Below, one piece after another: positions 9,864-19,174 of a DNA stretch of 42,414 nt (position 1 is its first letter; every line of letters starts with the position of its first letter). The DNA is taken from NCBI GenBank assembly GCA_040222015.1, contig JAVJWO010000033.1, positions 1 through 42,414 on the forward strand. Reading direction: 5' to 3'. This DNA is from Coleofasciculus chthonoplastes F2-STO-03 (GTDB taxonomy: Bacteria > Cyanobacteriota > Cyanobacteriia > Cyanobacteriales > Coleofasciculaceae). A program made the translations under genes and the position numbers. The notes beneath the pieces were generated by a model. That model searched no databases and was not told the origin of the DNA. It saw only the letters and a list, made by a program, of their open reading frames with translations.

Positions 9864-11582
9864 ATGGTAGTACTCACCGATCGCACCCAGAAGCGCTTAA
9901 CTATGCAGACGGGGGAAATCGCGCCAGATACAACGGCTATCCGTTCCTTAGACTGGGATCGTGATCGCTTCGATATTGAGTTTGGGCTGCAAAACGGCAC
10001 CACCTATAACTCGTTCCTGATTCGGGGTGAGAAAATTGCCCTGGTGGATACCTCCCATGAAAAGTTTCGTGAACGTTACTTAGATACGCTTAAGGGGTTG
10101 ATTAAACCCAGCCAGATTGATTATCTGATTATTAGCCACACGGAACCCGATCATAGTGGCTTAGTCAAGGATATTGTCCAACTCGCACCAGAGATTACCG
10201 TCGTCGGGTCAAAAGTGGCGATTCAATTCCTGGAAGACTTGGTGCATCACCCCTTCAAACGGCAAATCGTGAAAAATGGTGACCAACTGGATTTAGGCAA
10301 AGGGCATGTGTTGGAATTTGTCAATGCCCCCAACCTCCATTGGCCCGATACTATCTTTAGCTACGATGCCGGAACCCAAGTGATGTTTACCTGTGATGCC
10401 TTTGGTATGCATTACTGTTCTGATAGCACCTACGACGAAGACATGAGTGCCATAGAAGCCGACTTCCGCTTCTACTACGACTGCTTAATGGCACCCAATG
10501 CCCGTTCCGTTCTCTCCGCCCTGAAACGGATGGATAAACTGGGAGACATCACCACCGTCGCCACGGGTCATGGTCCCCTATTATTGCATCATGTCGGCGA
10601 ATGGGTAGATCGGTATCGGCGCTGGAGTAAAGCCCAGGCAAAAGCCGAAACCTCCGTGGTTGTGTTTTACGTATCTGATTACGGCTATAGCGATCGCCTT
10701 TCCCAAGCCATTGCCCGAGGAATTACCAAAACTGGGGTGGGCGTGGAAATGATGGACTTAAAATCGGCTGATCCACAGGAAGTCCAGGAAACCGTCAGTC
10801 GCGCCGGGGGAATTGCGATCGCGATGCCTCCCGCCTCGAATAAAGCCGCCACCGCCGCTGTGAGTACCATCCTCGCTGCTGTGAAATCCAAGCAAGTCGT
10901 GGGTATCTTTGAATCCTATGGCGGAGATGACGAACCCATTGACCCCCTACTGAGTCAATTCCGCAACCTCGGACTCAAAGAAGGATTTGCCGCGATTCGG
11001 GTCAAAGAAACCCCAACCGAAGCCATCTATCAACTCTGCGAAGAAGCCGGAACCGATATGGGGCAACTCCTCACCCGCGATCGCAATATCAAGCAACGGA
11101 AATCTATCGATAATGACCTAGAAAAAGCCCTAGGACGGATCAGCGGCGGACTTTATATTATTACCGCCCAAAAAGGTGACATTAAGAGTGCCATGTTAGC
11201 CTCCTGGGTATCCCAAGCCAGCTTCAAACCCCTCGGCTTAACCATCGCCGTCGCTAAAGATCGGGCGATTGAGTCTTTGATGCAAGTTAGCGATCGCTTT
11301 GTGCTGAATATTCTACAAGAGGGCAATTATCAGGCATTAATGAAGCACTTCCTCAAGCGTTTTCCCCCTGGTGCCGATCGGTTTGAAGGAGTGAACACGC
11401 AAACAGCGACGAATGGATCACCGATTCTTACCGATGCGTTAGCTTATGTGGAATGTAAGGTGGAAAGTCGGATGGAGTTGAGTGACCATTGGATTGTCTA
11501 CGCCTCTGTTGACGCTGGACGAGTGTCTAAGGCGGATGCGTTGACGGCGGTTCATCATCGCAAAGTGGGGAATTACTATTAA
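9864..11582 (+). CDS. flv3: Flavodiiron protein Flv3
   Basis: IRSLDWDRDRFDIEFGLQNGTTYN, canonical HTEPDH diiron motif, flavodoxin and flavin-reductase domains. ATG 9864 follows an AGGAG. Confidence 0.9.
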   Translation: MVVLTDRTQKRLTMQTGEIAPDTTAIRSLDWDRDRFDIEFGLQNGTTYNSFLIRGEKIALVDTSHEKFRERYLDTLKGLIKPSQIDYLIISHTEPDHSGLVKDIVQLAPEITVVGSKVAIQFLEDLVHHPFKRQIVKNGDQLDLGKGHVLEFVNAPNLHWPDTIFSYDAGTQVMFTCDAFGMHYCSDSTYDEDMSAIEADFRFYYDCLMAPNARSVLSALKRMDKLGDITTVATGHGPLLLHHVGEWVDRYRRWSKAQAKAETSVVVFYVSDYGYSDRLSQAIARGITKTGVGVEMMDLKSADPQEVQETVSRAGGIAIAMPPASNKAATAAVSTILAAVKSKQVVGIFESYGGDDEPIDPLLSQFRNLGLKEGFAAIRVKETPTEAIYQLCEEAGTDMGQLLTRDRNIKQRKSIDNDLEKALGRISGGLYIITAQKGDIKSAMLASWVSQASFKPLGLTIAVAKDRAIESLMQVSDRFVLNILQEGNYQALMKHFLKRFPPGADRFEGVNTQTATNGSPILTDALAYVECKVESRMELSDHWIVYASVDAGRVSKADALTAVHHRKVGNYY

Positions 11583-11624
11583 AACGCAGAGGTTCGCAGA
11601 GGTCAACGCAGAGGTTCGCAGAGG
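11583..11624 (+). repeat. Array of 4 x CGCAGAGG (left flank of GxxExxY gene)
   Basis: Units start at 11585, 11595, 11607 and 11617. Confidence 0.95.
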
Positions 11625-12002
11625 ATGACTGAGAATGAGGTGTCGGGAAAAGTGATTGGGTTGGCGATGAAGGTACACACGGCGTTGGGACCGGGTTTAT
11701 TGGAGTCAGCTTATGAAGCCTGTTTGAGGTATGAACTGAATAAGGCTGGTTTAAACTTTGAACCCCAGAAACCATTACCGTTAGTCTATGAAGAGATTCG
11801 TCTTGAATGTGGATATCGAGTTGATCTCCTCGTCGAAAACAAAGTCATGGTTGAACTCAAAGCCGTTGACGCCCTGCATCCCATCCACACCGCCCAACTC
11901 CTAACCTACCTCAAACTCTCCCACCATAAACTCGGACTCCTGATCAACTTCAACGTCATCCATCTCAAAGACGGCATCAAACGAGTCGTCAATCACCTTT
12001 AA
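11625..12002 (+). CDS. GxxExxY protein (PD-(D/E)XK nuclease superfamily)
   Basis: GPGLLESAYE, RVDLLVENKVMVELK, QLLTY, GLLINFN. Confidence 0.95.
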   Translation: MTENEVSGKVIGLAMKVHTALGPGLLESAYEACLRYELNKAGLNFEPQKPLPLVYEEIRLECGYRVDLLVENKVMVELKAVDALHPIHTAQLLTYLKLSHHKLGLLINFNVIHLKDGIKRVVNHL

Positions 12003-12005
12003 CCC

Positions 12006-12047
12006 CCTCTGCGAACCTCTGCGCTTCCCTCTGCGCCCCTCTGCGTT
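12006..12047 (-). repeat. Array of 4 x CGCAGAGG, inverted (right flank of GxxExxY gene)
   Basis: CCTCTGCG at 12006, 12016, 12028 and 12038. Confidence 0.95.
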
Positions 12048-12076
12048 AAAAAAAACCATTCACCCCAAACTAAACC

Positions 12077-13801
12077 ATGAACCCTCCTACCCCTCGCGAC
12101 GTTCAAGTCCTCCCCATCGCCACCGACACCACCGTTCTCCGTTCCCGCACTTGGGATAGACTCAAATTTGAAATCGAATATGCCCTGCAACGCGGCACCA
12201 CCGCCAATTCCTATCTGATTCAAGCGGATAAAATCGCCCTGATTGATCCTCCGGGCGAATCGTTCACCGAAATCTTTTTAACCGAACTGCAACGCCGGAT
12301 TGACCCCAAACAAATCGATTATGTGATACTCGGTCACGTTAATCCCAACCGAGGCGTTACTCTAAAAGCCTTACTCAAACTCGCCCCTCAGATACAATTT
12401 GTCTGTTCCAATCCTGGTGCGATCGCGCTGCGTGGTATCTTAGATGCACCGGATTTAAAAGTAACGGTGGCGCGGGGGGATGAAACCCTGGATTTAGGCA
12501 AGGGTCATCATCTGCAATTTATCCCCACCCCTAATCCCCGTTGGCCCGACGCCCTTTGTACCTACGACCCCCACACTGAAGTTCTATTTACCGATAAGTT
12601 ATTTGGTGCCCATCTGTGTGGTGACCAAGTAATGGATGAAGGCTGGACAACAATTAGCGAACACCGCCGCTATTATTTCGATTGCGTCATGGCACCCCAT
12701 GCGCGACAGGTGGAAAAGGCGCTGGATAAGGTTGAGGAGGTGCAAGCAAGGCTTTATGCTACAGGTCATGGGCAATTGGTACGCTATAGCTTAATTCCCC
12801 TGACCCAATCCTATCGCCAGTGGTGTGAACGTCAAAAAACACAAGACATCACCGTCGCCCTGCTGTATGCTTCTGCTTATGGGAATACCGGTACCGTTGC
12901 CCAGGCGATCGCACGGGGGATTACTAAGGCTGGAGTTGGTGTAGAATCTATTAACTGCGAAATCGCTGACCCGGAGGAGATTCGCGCTGCTGTGGAAAAG
13001 GCGGAGGGGTTTGTTATGGGTTCTCCGACGTTAGGGGGTCATGCACCCACCCAGATTCAAACGGCTTTGGGGATTGTTTTATCCACGGCGACGAAAACTA
13101 AACTGGCGGGGGTTTTTGGGTCTTTTGGCTGGAGTGGTGAAGCGATTGACTTGATTGAAAATAAGTTTAAGGATGCAGGATATAAGTTTGGCTTTGAGAC
13201 GATTCGGGTTAAGTTTAAGCCCACGGAAACCACACTAAAATACGCCGAAGAAGCGGGAACGGATTTTGCCCAAGCCCTGAAGAAAGCCAAGAAATCCCGC
13301 ACATCCCGCCAACCCGTCAGTGATGCCCAAGTTGCCCGAACTGAACAGGCTGTGGGGCGGTTAATTGGGTCACTTTGTATTATTACGACGAAGCAGGGAG
13401 AACTTACGGGGGCGATGTTGGCAGATTGGATTTCCCAAGCCACGTTTAATCCACCGGGGTTAACGATTGCGGTGGCGAAAGACCGGGCGATTGAGTCGTT
13501 AATGTATCAGGGTGAGCAATTTGTGGTGAATATTTTAGAGGAAGGGAAGCATTTGGGGTTAATGAAGCATTTCCTCAAACCCTTTGCCCCAGGGGAAGAC
13601 CGATTTGCGGGGGTGGCGACGGAGGATGGTGACAATGGTTGTCCGATTCTTAGCGATGCTTTGGCGTATGTGGAATGTACGGTGGATAATCGGATGGAAT
13701 GTGGGGATCATTGGTTGATTTATGGGGTGGTGACGAATGGCAAGGTGTTATCGGAGGGGGTAACGGCGGTGCATCATCGTAAGTCGGGGACACATTATTA
13801 G
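12077..13801 (+). CDS. flv1: Flavodiiron protein Flv1
   Basis: LRSRTWDRLKFEIEY, non-canonical HVNPNR metal motif, same three-domain architecture as Flv3. Confidence 0.9.
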   Translation: MNPPTPRDVQVLPIATDTTVLRSRTWDRLKFEIEYALQRGTTANSYLIQADKIALIDPPGESFTEIFLTELQRRIDPKQIDYVILGHVNPNRGVTLKALLKLAPQIQFVCSNPGAIALRGILDAPDLKVTVARGDETLDLGKGHHLQFIPTPNPRWPDALCTYDPHTEVLFTDKLFGAHLCGDQVMDEGWTTISEHRRYYFDCVMAPHARQVEKALDKVEEVQARLYATGHGQLVRYSLIPLTQSYRQWCERQKTQDITVALLYASAYGNTGTVAQAIARGITKAGVGVESINCEIADPEEIRAAVEKAEGFVMGSPTLGGHAPTQIQTALGIVLSTATKTKLAGVFGSFGWSGEAIDLIENKFKDAGYKFGFETIRVKFKPTETTLKYAEEAGTDFAQALKKAKKSRTSRQPVSDAQVARTEQAVGRLIGSLCIITTKQGELTGAMLADWISQATFNPPGLTIAVAKDRAIESLMYQGEQFVVNILEEGKHLGLMKHFLKPFAPGEDRFAGVATEDGDNGCPILSDALAYVECTVDNRMECGDHWLIYGVVTNGKVLSEGVTAVHHRKSGTHY

Positions 13802-13833
13802 TATAAGGTGATGGGGGGATGGGGTATTTTTTT

Positions 13834-13878
13834 AACGCTCCAGGTAGCAGAGGGAAAGCGCAGAGGAACGCAGAGGGG
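13834..13878 (+). repeat. Solo CGCAGAGG array, first units degenerate
   Basis: TTTTTTTAACGCTCCAGGTAGCAGAGGGAAAGCGCAGAGGAACGCAGAGGGG. Confidence 0.85.
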
Positions 13879-13910
13879 TTAGCAGTTGGGATGCAAGTTT
13901 TATCAGTATG

Positions 13911-14001
13911 CAGGACTTACGCAAAGACTCTATGTGTAGGGTGTGTTAGCGAAGCGTAACGCACCTTTACTACCATCTGTGGTGTAGCTGCGTAAGTCCT
14001 G
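13911..14001. repeat. MITE-like element enclosing a GTAG-type REP hairpin
   Basis: Perfect 13-bp inverted ends CAGGACTTACGCA/TGCGTAAGTCCTG; internal GTAGGGTGTGTTAGCGAAGCGTAACGCACC. Confidence 0.75.
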
Positions 14002-14064
14002 AGTATGGAGAGATAAACTTGGGTTGATAATTGAGAGGCTTTCGGGGGGAATGCCTCTATGTTT

Positions 14065-14170
14065 TATAGCAGTAGACACATCGATTAGGACGTTCGGCAC
14101 CATTGTAGAGACGTTGCATGCAACGTCTCTACATAAATGATGTGTCCTAACCGCTATGGCGGTTGCTATA
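14065..14170. repeat. MITE-like element enclosing a 30-bp REP palindrome
   Basis: TATAGCA..TTAGGAC / GTCCTAA..TGCTATA ends; perfect palindrome TGTAGAGACGTTGCATGCAACGTCTCTACA at 14104-14133. Confidence 0.75.
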
Positions 14171-14267
14171 CTTGCCACGAATGGCTATTACTGGACATAT
14201 CCTAGAGGATGGCGGTTGGGTCAATGTCAAGATAGAGGTTAAGGCTATGGGATAGGAGACTGATGGG

Positions 14268-16157
14268 ATGGAATTGATTACCGGGTTAGGAGGGTTTGTT
14301 TTTGTCGCCGCCCTATCGGGGATTATTGGGAATAAGGCGGATTTGGGGTTGGATACTTTAATCAGGATGATGAATCGCCTGAAACCTGGGGAGACGCCGA
14401 CGATACAAACGGCGGTGGGGCGGGCGTTTTTGTTGGCGCAGCAAAGTTTGGTGGAAGAGTGTCTGCGTGAATTGATTGGTGAGAATAAAAGTATTTGGGA
14501 TTGTCCACCTCAGTACAAAAATGAGGTAAGTTGGCTAGACCACAAGTTAAAACGGCTAAAGGCGGATTTACAGAAGCTGGAATTGGGGGAATTTGGCGAA
14601 TTAGCGGTGACACCTGTGGCTGATATTGACTCCCTGTTAACCCCAGATGGGGCGTTGGTTGGGGATACGGTTCAGGTGGTACGTCAGCAACTTAAGGTAA
14701 TTTTACAGCAGGAGAATGCGATCGCACTTTACCAAACCAAGGCTGTAACTCCCCAAGTGGGCTTGTTTGAACGGATGTGTGCCTGTTTTGCAGTGGAGAT
14801 GCAGACGAATCCGGTACTGCGGGAGATGATTCAGGGACAATTGCTAACTCAGATTAATGCTAATTTGAAAACGCAGCAGGTGACGGTAAAGGATTTAACT
14901 CACTCCTTGCAGAATTTGGCGCGGGATGTGGTGCGCGATATGGGAGATATTAAGGAGTCTTTGGAACGCCTCAAGCATCAAATGGCGGCTTTATCAGTAC
15001 GTCAACTACCTGTTCCCGATGATTTCCGGTGGATTGTTGAGGATAAGACGAAGGGATTTGTCGGGCGGGAATTTGTCTTTGATGCCATTGAGGAATTTTT
15101 CCAGCAGCAGCGTAAAGGCTACTTTATTATCGAAGCCGAACCGGGGATGGGCAAAAGTTCTATCCTGGCAGAATTTGTGCGGCGGAATGATTGCATTGTC
15201 TATTTCAACCAGCGCAATGAAGGGATAACCAGCGCTGAACAATTCCTCCGGAGTGTCTGTATCCAGCTTATTCAAGATTACGAACTATCTCACTCTCAAG
15301 ACATCCAACCCGAAAATACGTGTAATAGTAATTTTTTCAAAAACCTACTCACTGAAGCGACAGGGAAACTGAAGTCAAATGAACGATTGGTCATTGCCGT
15401 TGATGCTTTGGATGAAGTTGACTTGAGTAGCCAGAGTCGGGGTGCTAACGTCCTTTACCTACCTGAAGATTTGCCCGATAATGTCTATTTAATTGTCACA
15501 AAACGACCGTTACCACCTGACCAACTACCGTTGCGGGTGAATAATAAGCGGCTTTTTGACGTGATGCAGTATCCGGCAAGAAACCAAGAAGACGTAGAAG
15601 CTTATATTCGACAGCGCATCAATGGGGTAGGGGCTTCGGTATCCGTATCTATTCGGCAGTGGATTCAAAGTCGGGGTGCTAATGAAGAGGAATTTGTCTC
15701 GACATTGGTTGAAAAGAGCGAAGGAAACTTCATGTATCTGCGCTATGTATTGGATGACATTGAAAAAGGCGCATATCCAAAATTAGAGATTCGGGGTTTA
15801 CCCAGTGGTTTGCAAGACTACTATTACAAACACTGGGAACGCATGGGCATGAATGACAAGCCCCTGTTTAAAATCAAAATTGTCTATATCCTGTCAGAAT
15901 CTCCTATACCTATCCCCTTTGAGGAAATTGTGGCAATTCTCGACGCTGATGGTGAGGAAGAAAAAGGACTACCGGTGAGGGTGCAAGCGGTACTTGATGA
16001 ATGGATACAGTTTTTACGGGAAGAGGAAAAGTACCGACAAACATTCTATAGCCTGTATCATAGCAGCTTCCGGGATTTTCTGCGGAATGAGAAGACAGTG
16101 AAGCGTGCGGGGATAACGCTTCAGGGAATTATTGAAATGATGGTAAATAGTAGGTAG
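14268..16157 (+). CDS. NACHT/STAND-type P-loop NTPase with helical N-terminal domain
   Basis: FVGRE, Walker A AEPGMGKSS, Walker B IAVDALDE, SEGNFMYL, LP.GL..YY, YHSSFRDFL. Confidence 0.85.
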   Translation: MELITGLGGFVFVAALSGIIGNKADLGLDTLIRMMNRLKPGETPTIQTAVGRAFLLAQQSLVEECLRELIGENKSIWDCPPQYKNEVSWLDHKLKRLKADLQKLELGEFGELAVTPVADIDSLLTPDGALVGDTVQVVRQQLKVILQQENAIALYQTKAVTPQVGLFERMCACFAVEMQTNPVLREMIQGQLLTQINANLKTQQVTVKDLTHSLQNLARDVVRDMGDIKESLERLKHQMAALSVRQLPVPDDFRWIVEDKTKGFVGREFVFDAIEEFFQQQRKGYFIIEAEPGMGKSSILAEFVRRNDCIVYFNQRNEGITSAEQFLRSVCIQLIQDYELSHSQDIQPENTCNSNFFKNLLTEATGKLKSNERLVIAVDALDEVDLSSQSRGANVLYLPEDLPDNVYLIVTKRPLPPDQLPLRVNNKRLFDVMQYPARNQEDVEAYIRQRINGVGASVSVSIRQWIQSRGANEEEFVSTLVEKSEGNFMYLRYVLDDIEKGAYPKLEIRGLPSGLQDYYYKHWERMGMNDKPLFKIKIVYILSESPIPIPFEEIVAILDADGEEEKGLPVRVQAVLDEWIQFLREEEKYRQTFYSLYHSSFRDFLRNEKTVKRAGITLQGIIEMMVNSR

Positions 16158-16173
16158 CGAGGGGCGGTTGGTC

Positions 16174-18315
16174 ATGGGGAAGTTAGCTGAATCGTTAAAC
16201 CGCCTACCCGCAGGCAGTCGGCTGTACAGGTTACAGACGCGACCACAATTGCTGGCGCAGTCTGGTCAGGCTCACCGTTTGTTTGAGTTACTGACTGACT
16301 TTGATTTCATTGAAGCTAAGGTTTCTCATCCTGAGATCAAGTTACAAGAGCTAATTGAGGATTATGACCTAGCTTTTGAGCCTAAAGTCCTGATTTCTGG
16401 GGAGAAGGCGGAAATTCCCAGACTGATTCAAGGGGCAATTCGGCTGTCAGCGCACGTTCTGGATAAAGACAAAACGCAACTGGCTGGGCAATTGATGGGG
16501 CGGTTGATGGTGTTTGATATGCCAGAAATTCGGGCGATACTGGAACAAGTGCAGCCAATAGAACCCTGGCTGCGTCCTATGACTCCTAGCTTACACCCTC
16601 CTGGCAAGCTGTTGCTACGCACTTTTGAAGGTCACAGGAGTTCAATAAGTTCTATTGTCGTCACACCCGATGGCAAACAATTAATTTCTGGCTCACTTGA
16701 TCACAGTATTAGAATCTGGAATTTTCAAACAGGAGAGCAACTACTAACTTTGACAGGTCATAGCGAATGGGTAAATGCCATAGCACTGACACCAGATAGT
16801 AAGCGAGTAATTTCTGGTTCATCAGATAAAACAATCAAAGTTTGGGATGTCAATACAGGAAGAGAAATTTTGACTCTTGAAGGTCATACAGATGCTGTCG
16901 TATCTGTCGCAGTTACGCCAGATGGCAAGCGGTTAATTTCTGGTTCATGGGATAAGACTATTAAACTATGGGATTTAGAAAACGGAAAAAATATAAAAAC
17001 AATAAAGGCTCATACAGATAGAGTAAAAATTGTCTCTATCACTCCAGATGATAAGTTGCTAATCTCTTCTGGATTAGAGGAGCAACCTATCAAACACTTT
17101 CCTTGTGACACTATAAAAGGCTGGAATTTGGCAGATCTAACAGAAGTTTTTACGTTATGGAGTAATACGGAGTTTCTGGAAAATATAGCGATCAGCCCGG
17201 ATGGAAAATATCTAATTTCTGCTGGAATTGACACGATCATTTGGAATCTAGAAACAAGAGAACATATTTTTACTTTCTGTCCAGAAATAGAACGGGTAGG
17301 ATCATCGGTAAGTACTCTGACAGTAACCCCCGATAGTAAGTTACTAATTTCTGGCTTAGCAAACGGTGTTATCCAGATTTTAGATCTGAATACGAAAAAA
17401 GAGCTTGTCACTTGGAACGGTCATGTTGGTGCGATATTTTCTTTGGTTATGACACCAGATGGCAAACATTTGATATCTGGTTCAAGTGACCAGACGATAA
17501 AAATTTGGGATTTGGAAGCCGTTAAAGCAAAAAAAATCTTGATTCAGAATGAACGTATAGAGGCGATCAAAACCATTACAGTGACACCGGATGGTCAACG
17601 AGCAATTTCTGGTTCAGAGGATGGTTACATTAAAGTCTGGAATTTAGAAAATGGAAAAAAATTAAATACATTTACAGATGTTAATAACTTTAGAAATTCC
17701 GTACATGATTTGGTCGTCACACCAGATGGTAAGCAAGTGATTGCTGGGTTGCGTTCTGGCAACATTGAATCCTGGAATTTAAAAACAGGAAAGAACCTAA
17801 AAACCTTTAAAGGTCATACCCGTCATGTAAATGCTATAGCAGTTACACCCGATGGTAAGCAATTAATTTCAGGTTCAGCAGACATGAAAGTCAAGATTTG
17901 GAATTTAGAAACCGGAGAGGAGGCTTTTACTTTTACAGAGCATACTGACTATGTATGGCATGTGAAAGTCACACCAGATGGTAAACATATAATTTCTAGT
18001 TCGATGAATCAAACTATTTATTGGGAACTCGAAACAAAAAAAATAATTTATACCCAAAACGGTTTTGCAAACTGGAGAAAGACAATAGTAGTTGATCCAC
18101 CTAGAAAATGGGAAATATATATTGTATCTGGTACAATAAAAATATTTGATTGGGAAACTAAAAAATTGATTACTAGTTTCACTGGAGATACTTGGTTAAA
18201 TTGCTATGCTGTAGCACCAGATGGGATAACGATTTTAGCAGGGGATCAGTCCGGAATGGTACATTTTCTGCGGTTAGAAAATAGCAGCGCATTTGGTAGC
18301 GGATGTAACAGATAA
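16174..18315 (+). CDS. WD40-repeat protein with N-terminal APAF-1-like helical domain
   Basis: LTDFDFIEAK..LIEDYD..AIRLSAHVL..QLAGQL, then a dozen or more (GH)..VTPDGK..ISGS.D..IK.W[DN] repeats. Confidence 0.92.
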   Translation: MGKLAESLNRLPAGSRLYRLQTRPQLLAQSGQAHRLFELLTDFDFIEAKVSHPEIKLQELIEDYDLAFEPKVLISGEKAEIPRLIQGAIRLSAHVLDKDKTQLAGQLMGRLMVFDMPEIRAILEQVQPIEPWLRPMTPSLHPPGKLLLRTFEGHRSSISSIVVTPDGKQLISGSLDHSIRIWNFQTGEQLLTLTGHSEWVNAIALTPDSKRVISGSSDKTIKVWDVNTGREILTLEGHTDAVVSVAVTPDGKRLISGSWDKTIKLWDLENGKNIKTIKAHTDRVKIVSITPDDKLLISSGLEEQPIKHFPCDTIKGWNLADLTEVFTLWSNTEFLENIAISPDGKYLISAGIDTIIWNLETREHIFTFCPEIERVGSSVSTLTVTPDSKLLISGLANGVIQILDLNTKKELVTWNGHVGAIFSLVMTPDGKHLISGSSDQTIKIWDLEAVKAKKILIQNERIEAIKTITVTPDGQRAISGSEDGYIKVWNLENGKKLNTFTDVNNFRNSVHDLVVTPDGKQVIAGLRSGNIESWNLKTGKNLKTFKGHTRHVNAIAVTPDGKQLISGSADMKVKIWNLETGEEAFTFTEHTDYVWHVKVTPDGKHIISSSMNQTIYWELETKKIIYTQNGFANWRKTIVVDPPRKWEIYIVSGTIKIFDWETKKLITSFTGDTWLNCYAVAPDGITILAGDQSGMVHFLRLENSSAFGSGCNR

Positions 18316-18461
18316 GCCAATTTTGAGCGATCGCCTGATTGCAGATTAGATCAGCCAAACAAAGATTATCAAACACCGTCTCTACACCTGCCGATCGCGG
18401 TATAATATATTCAAACTAAACAGTCGTGGCAGTAATGTCACAAAGAAATGATCAGGCTGAA

Positions 18462-19049
18462 TTAAATATTACCACCTAATAGTTGTTCAGCCGTAAGTTC
18501 GAGGCGAGGAAATATCCCCGATTGAATCAAATCGCTGCAAACAAACTCCACCGCGTCATACCAACCTTCGACTAACGTGAGAACCGTGACTTTAGCATTT
18601 AGAGGATCAAAAATCCAATATTCAGGAATATCTAAAACGCTATATTCGGCTCGTTTTGCACGATAGTCGGTGCTTTTCGTCGATTCGCTGACGACTTCAA
18701 CAACGAGTAGAGGTGGGGGTTCATTTAACTCAATAACGGCTTCGCGATTTTGCAGGTTACGCCACTGTTCTAGGGGAATCACAACGACATCGGGAATACG
18801 AACGGTATCCCATCGACCAGCGCGGGGAGAACGCACACCGACGACTCCAGCCAAGGCTGTCCATTCTTGTCCTATTTGAGCGCATTGGTTATCAAAGGTG
18901 CGTTCCAAGAATTTTAAAATGGCTCCATGTTTTCCAGTACCCAAGCTCATCGGGACTAGCTCTCCATTAACCAGTTCATAGCAAGTGTCTGTCCCGTCGT
19001 CATACTTCAAGTATTCTTCAAGAGTCAGGCGGTTGGTGGTTGTCAGCAT
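18462..19049 (-). CDS. Uma2 (DUF820) family endonuclease
   Basis: LTLEEYL..YELVNGELVPM, RIPDVVV, LVVEVVS, K..EY..IPEYWI.DP. Confidence 0.93.
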   Translation of the reverse strand: MLTTTNRLTLEEYLKYDDGTDTCYELVNGELVPMSLGTGKHGAILKFLERTFDNQCAQIGQEWTALAGVVGVRSPRAGRWDTVRIPDVVVIPLEQWRNLQNREAVIELNEPPPLLVVEVVSESTKSTDYRAKRAEYSVLDIPEYWIFDPLNAKVTVLTLVEGWYDAVEFVCSDLIQSGIFPRLELTAEQLLGGNI

Positions 19050-19123
19050 GGCAGGTTGGGGAAAATTATACCAAGTGGCGGTCAACTATAACAACTAGAG
19101 CAGTGGGCAAATAACTGGGGACA

Positions 19124-19147
19124 AGAGACGTTGCATGCAACGTCTCT
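19124..19147. repeat. REP-like palindrome (same family as 14104-14133)
   Basis: AGAGACGTTGCATGCAACGTCTCT. Confidence 0.85.
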
Positions 19148-19174
19148 ACTAAATTCTGATGCTGCTATTCAAAT

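Noticed and set aside
11583..12047. CRISPR array interpretation of the CGCAGAGG or other repeats
   Set aside because: Units are 8 bp with 2-4-nt linkers. There are no spacer-sized unique sequences and no cas genes.
12077..13801. Degenerate diiron motif as a sign of a pseudogene
   Set aside because: Non-canonical ligands are normal for Flv1-type proteins.
16600..18300. Hypervariable near-identical WD40 repeats or a DGR target
   Set aside because: The repeats are diverged at DNA level, and no reverse transcriptase or template repeat was seen.
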